This document shows positions 17,466 to 22,893 of a stretch of 24,000 nt of DNA, piece by piece. The position numbers and the translations under genes are program-made. The notes under the pieces are model-generated. The model was not told the origin of the DNA. It searched no databases and saw only the letters and a list, made by a program, of their open reading frames with translations. Each line of letters begins with the position of its first letter. The first letter of the stretch is position 1. This stretch comes from Desulfogranum mediterraneum DSM 13871. GTDB lineage: Bacteria > Desulfobacterota > Desulfobulbia > Desulfobulbales > Desulfobulbaceae. The stretch covers positions 126,855 through 150,854 of the forward strand of contig NZ_AUCW01000015.1 of the NCBI RefSeq assembly GCF_000429965.1, read 5' to 3'.

Positions 17466-17990
17466 TCAGTAATCGACAACGAGGATTTTCTTAACGGTAG
17501 CCGGAATACCAAAGGCCAGCGCCCTTGCCGGAATCGTGCCGCGAACAAGTGATTTCGCTCCAACAACTGAAAATTTTTCAATGGAACTACCAGGCAACAG
17601 GGTGGAATCTGCTCCTATCCACACATTCTCATCAATAAGGATCCCTTCACTGTGCCTTGGATAGATTTCGCTTAATCGACTATCAAAAAAGCTCCCTGCA
17701 TCCTGATGGGTCAACAGGCTGCACCCTGGGCCGACAAGCGAATTTTTGCCGATGGATACTTGAGCAGATAAATCGATCACAACATTTGTTCCTACAAATG
17801 CGTTGTTTCCACATTGCAGATTACTGACAGGATATTGTATTTGAATAAACCGTACATTTTCAATCCTCACACCTTCCCCGATACTCGCCCCAAGGAGCTT
17901 CAACCAAAGGGCTCGAATCTTGGGATGCGGAAGAAGAGGACTCAAAATGTTGAGCAAAAAATACTTCAAACAGTAGCTCATACAGCTCAT
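17466..17990 (-). CDS. Left-handed beta-helix (hexapeptide-repeat) acyl/acetyltransferase, WcaF/maltose-O-acetyltransferase-like
   Basis: 174 aa. Hexapeptide repeats are present (IGEGVRIEN, VGTNVVIDLSAQVSIGKNSLVGPGCSLL, IDENVWIGADSTLLPGSSIEKFSVVGAKSLV). The C-terminal GxPA..K pattern is typical of sugar O-acetyltransferases. AT-rich codon usage. Confidence 0.8.
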   Translation of the reverse strand: MSCMSYCLKYFLLNILSPLLPHPKIRALWLKLLGASIGEGVRIENVRFIQIQYPVSNLQCGNNAFVGTNVVIDLSAQVSIGKNSLVGPGCSLLTHQDAGSFFDSRLSEIYPRHSEGILIDENVWIGADSTLLPGSSIEKFSVVGAKSLVRGTIPARALAFGIPATVKKILVVDY

Positions 17991-18070
17991 ATCGATTCAC
18001 CAGCCAAGAGAGTATCTCAAATTTCACACTTGACCTCTTAGCACAAACCTGCCCTGATCAGTTACGTGAA

Positions 18071-18079
18071 ATTATACCA
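18071..18079 (-). promoter_or_regulatory. Extended -10 promoter candidate (TGGTATAAT) for the acyltransferase gene
   Basis: Minus strand reads TGGTATAAT (18079-18071), about 80 nt upstream of ATG 17990. No good -35 element, as is usual for extended -10 promoters. Confidence 0.3.
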
Positions 18080-18578
18080 TATTAACATATAAGGCCTCTC
18101 TACCTTTGACAGATCTGCTGCAAGAAAAGACAATAACAGCAAAGAGGAAAGGCTTAAATAAACACTACCAAACAACACCAGGCACATCAAGAAGCAAAAC
18201 GACTGGTTAAGCGAACGAGTCCCCTGACAGAGACTTCAAAACCAGAACCTTGCTCAACAGTAGCGGTATTCGAAATTTCAAGCTCGTCATCCGTCTGGAG
18301 TTGTTCACTCTACTCAACCTGATGATCCTGTTCCTGCTCGTTAACACACCTCCTGGGATTACAGGAAAGCAGGGGCTGAGCTTCAAAAAAGGCTATATCC
18401 GAATCTCCCAACGAGGTAATTCCTGCCACAACAACAACTGAAAACTCACGATACAATATTAGCATAACTGTCGCCTTTTTTTATTTCGTACTCTGCCTCC
18501 CTTGACAAACCATCGCCTGTCGCTCTATCCACAGAACGCCCATCCATGATGCTCTCATGGAAACCCATCGCCCAGTCT

Positions 18579-18588
18579 CCCCCCCCCC
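18579..18588. repeat. C10 (G10 on minus strand) homopolymer inside a GC-rich, ORF-poor patch
   Basis: Counted directly from ...gtctCCCCCCCCCCggcg... Confidence 0.95.
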
Positions 18589-19005
18589 GGCGACCGTTCC
18601 TTCTTGACTGGGGAAGAGCTGCTGTTTTCGCTGCAATACACCCATACCGCTTAACCGACTCAGTTGGCCCGCCGGTGCCATGGGCGCATTCGCAACCAAC
18701 CTACCGGCCCCTCCGGATATTGCCCATGACGATTTCGGAAAGACCAGCGAACCATTGCCCAGCAAGTTAGCCAAACTACACTTTTACCTGACAATTTATT
18801 TTAAATAACATTTCACGTTGCCTTAACAGCCAATCTCCTGTAAATATATTTGATATAGGTTGTAGTCCATCTCGACTTGCCTCTCTCTATTCGTCAACAG
18901 GAACTCCCCGTTATCCAGGGTAACCGGCAGCAGATCTAGACGTCACCAAGAGATGGGAATCGAATTCGTCACCCAAGCGACAACTCACCAAGCCAAGAGA
19001 ACTCC

Positions 19006-19323
19006 ATGCCCTTACAAGACCAGGCCATCGATATTCTTACCATCCTCTGGGACAACTTACAGCAAGATCGCCCTCCCCTCGTCCCTGCTGCACAGATCGC
19101 CGAAAAAATGGAGATCCATCCAGCCGGCCTTGAACCGGCACTCAAGGTCATGAAGGGGATGGGGGTCATCGAGAGTGATCCGGACCTGCACTACACCCTC
19201 ATCACGAGGAAAGGTTTGGAATGGTTACAGGAAAAAACTCCTCAGTTACGCGACCGCCAGATCCCCTGCATGCAAGGGAACACCACCATGCCCGAAGAAC
19301 GCTGGTGGCTGGATAACGCCTAA
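19006..19323 (+). CDS. Small winged-helix-type DNA-binding protein (105 aa), hypothetical
   Basis: The helix-turn-helix-wing pattern is IDILTILW / AAQIAEKM / PAGLEPALKVMKGMGVIES / HYTLITRKGLEWL. SD is weak (AGAGAA). No family recognised. The gene sits at the edge of the AT-rich islet. Confidence 0.5.
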   Translation: MPLQDQAIDILTILWDNLQQDRPPLVPAAQIAEKMEIHPAGLEPALKVMKGMGVIESDPDLHYTLITRKGLEWLQEKTPQLRDRQIPCMQGNTTMPEERWWLDNA

Positions 19324-19390
19324 CTCCGCCTTACGCCGCGTAACGTAGCCTAACGCAGTCTAACGCAGTCTAACGCAGCCTTATGCCCTA
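19321..19390. repeat. Tandem array of about 7 copies of a 10-bp unit, consensus TAACGCAGYC
   Basis: Units are TAACTCCGCC TTACGCCGCG TAACGTAGCC TAACGCAGTC TAACGCAGTC TAACGCAGCC TTATGCCCTA. The first unit contains the TAA stop of the wHTH ORF. The central units match the consensus at 9-10 of 10 positions and the outer units decay. Confidence 0.9.
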
Positions 19391-19413
19391 ACCCGGCAGC
19401 GCGCGCCGCTCAC

Positions 19414-19434
19414 AAAAAAAATGGGGGGGGGGGG
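19414..19434. repeat. A8-T-G12 homopolymer block
   Basis: Counted directly: A x8 (19414-19421), T (19422), G x12 (19423-19434). Confidence 0.95.
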
Positions 19435-19705
19435 ACGGCGGCCCGAACCAAGGATCCAGGTTCAGAGGAGAATTCCCACAAAACGACGTCGATATCAGGA
19501 CAGAAGCTCTATTCTCATACCCCGGTCCCTCTTTTCTCCACCTCGCCCCTCTTCCCAGCTCGCCTTCTCCCGGGCAGAGCCAGGCCCCTCCCTGCCCTGT
19601 CCCACGATTTCCTCTACCATTTTTTCCAACGACCAATTAAAAGAGACTGCAGATACCCTTGGTATCGCCAACCCATCGTGCTACGAACCATGAGGAGAAC
19701 ATGCT

Positions 19706-20557
19706 ATGAAGATCGGATTCATCGGCCTTGGCCATCTGGGCAAGGCCATTGCCGGCAGGCTCATTGACTGTGAACATCAGCTCACGGTATGGAACCGCAC
19801 CCCAGCCAAGGCAGAGGGCCTCCAGGCAACCCTTGGCCAAAGCCCTGCCACGGTGGTGGAGGCCGCAGAGATCATCTTTCTCTGTATGTTTGACAGTGCT
19901 GCGGTTCAGGCCGTGCTCAGCGCAGAAGACGGCGTACTCGCCGGCGATGTCAGGGGAAAAATCGTGGTCGACCTGACCACCAACCACTTTCGTGAGGTGG
20001 AGAGCAACCACCGGCTCTGCCGAGCAGCCGGGGCCACCTACCTGGAGGCCCCGGTGCTGGGCAGCGTGGTGCCCGCCACCCAGGGAGCATTGACGGTACT
20101 GGTCAGCGGTGAGGAGGAGGGCTTTAGCCGCAGCAAGCCGGTGCTGGAAGACATCGGCCAGCATCTCTTCTTTCTTGGGGAGCCTGGACTGGCCACCAAG
20201 ATGAAGCTGATCAACAACCTCACCCTGGGCAGTTTCATGGCCACCCTGGCCGAGGCGATCTCCTTTGGCGAGGACGTGGGCATCGACCGGGCAGAGGTGC
20301 TGGATATCCTCAGCGTTGGCGGCGGTAATTCCCTGGTCCTCAATGCCAAGAAAGAGAAGCTGCGCAGCGGAGATTTCTCCACCCACTTCTCCAGCGCCCT
20401 GATCTACAAGGACCTGCACTGTCTCCAGGACCTGGCCTTCAGCCAGAAACGAGCCCTCTTCACCGGGGCCGTGGCCAAGGAGCTCTATGCCAGGACCTTT
20501 GAGGAGGGCATCGATCAGCTGGATTTTTCAGCGGTCTATCAACTCTTCAAGAAATAA
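19706..20557 (+). CDS. NAD(P)-dependent beta-hydroxyacid dehydrogenase (3-hydroxyisobutyrate / 6-phosphogluconate dehydrogenase-like, MmsB/GarR family)
   Basis: N-terminal Rossmann motif MKIGFIGLGHLGKAIA. A catalytic-Lys region, GLATKMKLINN, is present. Length of 283 aa is typical. GAGGAGAA SD lies 6 nt upstream of the ATG. Confidence 0.85.
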   Translation: MKIGFIGLGHLGKAIAGRLIDCEHQLTVWNRTPAKAEGLQATLGQSPATVVEAAEIIFLCMFDSAAVQAVLSAEDGVLAGDVRGKIVVDLTTNHFREVESNHRLCRAAGATYLEAPVLGSVVPATQGALTVLVSGEEEGFSRSKPVLEDIGQHLFFLGEPGLATKMKLINNLTLGSFMATLAEAISFGEDVGIDRAEVLDILSVGGGNSLVLNAKKEKLRSGDFSTHFSSALIYKDLHCLQDLAFSQKRALFTGAVAKELYARTFEEGIDQLDFSAVYQLFKK

Positions 20558-20575
20558 GGGCCTGAAAACAAGATC

Positions 20576-20615
20576 ACCCCCTGCCCTGGAGCTGGATAGC
20601 CGGAGGACAGGGGGT
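20576..20615. terminator. Hairpin between convergent genes; weak bidirectional terminator candidate
   Basis: ACCCCCTGCCC (20576-20586) pairs with GGACAGGGGGT (20605-20615), 10 of 11 bp with an 18-nt loop. Only U-poor tails follow (UCUUGUUUUC on the minus strand). Confidence 0.3.
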
Positions 20616-20658
20616 AATCGCCCTGACGACAGTTTTCTGGCAGCGCACCGCGGTGCAG

Positions 20659-20892
20659 CTAGGGCTGCGATCGCCTCCTGGCCTTCAGCCGCCGGTAACG
20701 AAACCAGAAGCCCGCCCCTGCCAGCACCAGCCCGACCACCATCACCGCGTACTTCACCTCCACCACATCGATGGCCCGGTAGGCCACACCCAGCAGCAGT
20801 CCGCCCAGGAGGATAAGCAGCCAGTCGGTGATCACCTGAAAGAGGTTGTTCAGGCGCCGGATCAGGGAGGTGGAGCCTCTGTTGTTTGCCAT
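20659..20892 (-). CDS. Small two-TM membrane protein (77 aa), hypothetical, immediately downstream of leuA
   Basis: ATG 20892 lies 7 nt after the leuA stop, and GAGGGG overlaps that stop. There are two hydrophobic segments (WLLILLGGLLLGVAY and AVMVVGLVLAGAGFWF) and a basic tail. Confidence 0.55.
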   Translation of the reverse strand: MANNRGSTSLIRRLNNLFQVITDWLLILLGGLLLGVAYRAIDVVEVKYAVMVVGLVLAGAGFWFRYRRLKARRRSQP

Positions 20893-20899
20893 CAGCCCC

Positions 20900-22591
20900 T
20901 CACTGGTTATTCTTGGCATCTGAACGATTCAGGGCACTGAGCAGGGCCTTGATGGAGGAGATGATGATATCGGTGTCCACCCCGGCACCCCACCAGCCCT
21001 CCTGGTCCTGGTCGATGATCTCGATATAGCTCACGGCCTTGGAGGAACTGCCCCTGGTCAGGGCATGCTCATGGTAGGAGTGGAGGGTGAACCCCATGCC
21101 CAGACTATTACGCAAGCCTTCACAGAAGGCGTCCAGGGGCCCGTTGCCCACGGCCTCCACCCAGGTCTCCTGGCCATGGACCTCCAGCATGGCCTCAACC
21201 TCGGCCGTTGACTGCTCCTCGTCATCATCCAGGTGGCGTTTGATCACGTTAAAGGCCTTGAGCACAAAGCCATTGGCATTGAGCAGGTACTCTTTTTCAA
21301 AGGTGTGAAAGATGACCTCCGGGCTCAGCTCATCGCCGCTGGCATCGGCCACCTCCTGGATGACCCGGCCAAAACCGGGGTGCATCTCCTTGGGCAACTT
21401 GAAGCCAAACTCCTTATCCATCACATAGGCCACCCCGCCCTTGCCGGACTGGCTGTTGATCCGAATGATCGACTCATAGGTCCGGCCCACATCCTGGGGA
21501 TCGATGGGCAGGTAGGGCACCTCCCAGAGGCTCTCCGGATGGGCCAGGAGGGCATCCATGCCCTTGTTGATGGCGTCCTGATGGGAACCGGAAAAGGCAG
21601 TATAGACCAGCTCCCCGGCATAGGGATGCCTGGGAGGAACATTCATCTTGGTGCAGCGCTCGTAGACGTTGATCACCTTGTTGATATTGGAGAGATCCAG
21701 GTTGGGGTTCACCCCCTGGGTGAACATGTTCAGGGCCAGGGAGACCAGATCCACGTTGCCGGTGCGCTCGCCGTTGCCGAACAGGGTGCCCTCCACCCGG
21801 TCGGCCCCGGCCATCAGGGCCAGCTCGGTGGCAGCCACCGCCGTGCCCCGGTCGTTGTGACCATGGATGCTGATCAGCGCGCACTCGCGACTGGAGAGGT
21901 TGCGGCAGAACCACTCAATCTGGTCGGCGTAGATGTTGGGAGTGGACATCTCCACCGTGGCCGGCAGGTTGAGGATCACCGGGTTTTCCGGGGTGGGCTC
22001 CCAGACCTCCATGATCGCCTCACAGATCTCCAGGGCAAATTCGAGCTCTGTGCCGGTGAAGCTCTCAGGCGAGTACTCATAGCGGATACGGACGTCGCTG
22101 TCCCTGGCCTGCTCACGGATCAGCCTGGCCCCTGCCATCCCGAGCTCGATGATCTCCCTGCGGCCCTTGCGGAAGACCACATCCCGCTGCAGGGTGGAGG
22201 TGGAGTTATAGAGATGGACAATGGCCTCCTCTGCCCCGACAAAGGAGGCAAAGGTCTTACGGATCAGGGCAGCCCGGGACTGGGTCAAGGCCTGGATCAC
22301 CACCCCGGGCGGGATCCGCTGGCCGTCGATGAGCAGACGCATGAAATCAAACTCCACCTGAGATGCTGCCGGGAAGCCGACCTCGATCTCCTTGAAGCCG
22401 ATGGCAGTGAGCAGCTCAAACATCTCCAGCTTTTCCTCGAGATTCATCGGCTGCACCAGGGCCTGGTTGCCGTCCCTGAGATCCACACTGCACCAGACAG
22501 GGGCGGTCTCGATGGTTTGATCCGGCCAGGTACGATCAGGGAGGTTCACCCGGCTATAGGGTTGGTATTTTCTGGTTGTGACAGCATCCAT
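20900..22591 (-). CDS. leuA: 2-isopropylmalate synthase, long (actinobacterial/yeast-type) form
   Basis: YQPYSRVNLPDRTWPDQTIETAPVWCSVDLRDGNQAL is the canonical N-terminus of long-form LeuA. HGHNDRGTAVA and GNGERTGN motifs are present, along with a C-terminal LeuA dimerisation/regulatory domain. I prefer ATG 22591 (GGAG 6 nt upstream). ATG 22597 and the track's 22642 are alternatives. Confidence 0.9.
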   Translation of the reverse strand: MDAVTTRKYQPYSRVNLPDRTWPDQTIETAPVWCSVDLRDGNQALVQPMNLEEKLEMFELLTAIGFKEIEVGFPAASQVEFDFMRLLIDGQRIPPGVVIQALTQSRAALIRKTFASFVGAEEAIVHLYNSTSTLQRDVVFRKGRREIIELGMAGARLIREQARDSDVRIRYEYSPESFTGTELEFALEICEAIMEVWEPTPENPVILNLPATVEMSTPNIYADQIEWFCRNLSSRECALISIHGHNDRGTAVAATELALMAGADRVEGTLFGNGERTGNVDLVSLALNMFTQGVNPNLDLSNINKVINVYERCTKMNVPPRHPYAGELVYTAFSGSHQDAINKGMDALLAHPESLWEVPYLPIDPQDVGRTYESIIRINSQSGKGGVAYVMDKEFGFKLPKEMHPGFGRVIQEVADASGDELSPEVIFHTFEKEYLLNANGFVLKAFNVIKRHLDDDEEQSTAEVEAMLEVHGQETWVEAVGNGPLDAFCEGLRNSLGMGFTLHSYHEHALTRGSSSKAVSYIEIIDQDQEGWWGAGVDTDIIISSIKALLSALNRSDAKNNQ

Positions 22592-22610
22592 TGGCATCTC
22601 CACTGCGTTC

Positions 22611-22651
22611 AAAAAACAAAAAAAAAGCCACGGTTTATACAAACCGTGGCT
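22611..22651 (-). terminator. Rho-independent terminator in the leuA leader (attenuator terminator)
   Basis: Minus strand has AGCCACGGUUU-GUAU-AAACCGUGGCU, a perfect 11-bp stem (22651-22626), running into U9-G-U6 (to 22611). It lies only about 20 nt upstream of the leuA start codon. Confidence 0.75.
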
Positions 22652-22676
22652 GGAAGGGGCGGGTCTAATCGTCTAC

Positions 22677-22757
22677 TCAGGATAAGGCTCCCTCTTCTCC
22701 CACGGCGGTGGTAGCTAGTTCATTCAGGAGTAGGAGTAGAGCGAGTTCGAAGGTCAT
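22677..22757 (-). CDS. Candidate leucine leader peptide (26 aa): MTFELALLLLLNELATTAVGEEGALS
   Basis: My own translation gives ATG ACC TTC GAA CTC GCT CTA CTC CTA CTC CTG AAT... TGA, with 6 Leu in 7 consecutive codons. The ORF sits between the promoter candidate and the terminator. No clear SD, which is the main weakness. Confidence 0.55.
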   Translation of the reverse strand: MTFELALLLLLNELATTAVGEEGALS

Positions 22758-22801
22758 TGGGCCATATTACGTTGGTATTCATGGTCATTGGTATGGATTC
22801 T

Positions 22802-22829
22802 ATAGTACAGCCCGATTTTTGATTGTCAA
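22802..22829 (-). promoter_or_regulatory. Sigma70-type promoter candidate for the leuA leader (TTGACA-N16-TACTAT)
   Basis: Minus strand carries TTGACA (22829-22824), a 16-nt spacer and TACTAT (22807-22802), in an AT-rich patch just downstream of the mltF stop. Confidence 0.5.
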
Positions 22830-22893
22830 GAAAGTTTTTCCCCTCCCCGGGCTCCCCAACCCGGACACAATCATACCACTTTGCCGGATCCGG

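Noticed and set aside
18480-18780. Group II intron fragment hypothesis for the GC-rich patch
   Set aside because: I noticed collinear 7-9-nt matches (ACTGAGTCG, GATAGAG, GAGTAC, ACAGTTAT) to my recollection of Ll.LtrB. Matches of that length are expected by chance at this scale. There is no GUGYG 5' end, no domain V and no reverse-transcriptase ORF.
19321-19390. CRISPR array
   Set aside because: The repeats are 10 bp and directly abutting, with no spacers. No cas genes are present. This is a simple tandem repeat.
19421-19693. 90-aa ORF starting ATG-(G)12 as a genuine phase-variable gene
   Set aside because: The product is highly basic and low-complexity. The ORF is explained by the pyrimidine-rich composition, which gives few stop codons. 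There is no SD. It is discussed only in the homopolymer finding.
21233-22714. 493-aa plus-strand ORF opposite leuA; also 22708..23337 plus opposite mltF and the leader, and 19637..20419 minus opposite the dehydrogenase
   Set aside because: These are shadow ORFs. The opposite strand carries canonical LeuA, MltF and HIBADH motifs.
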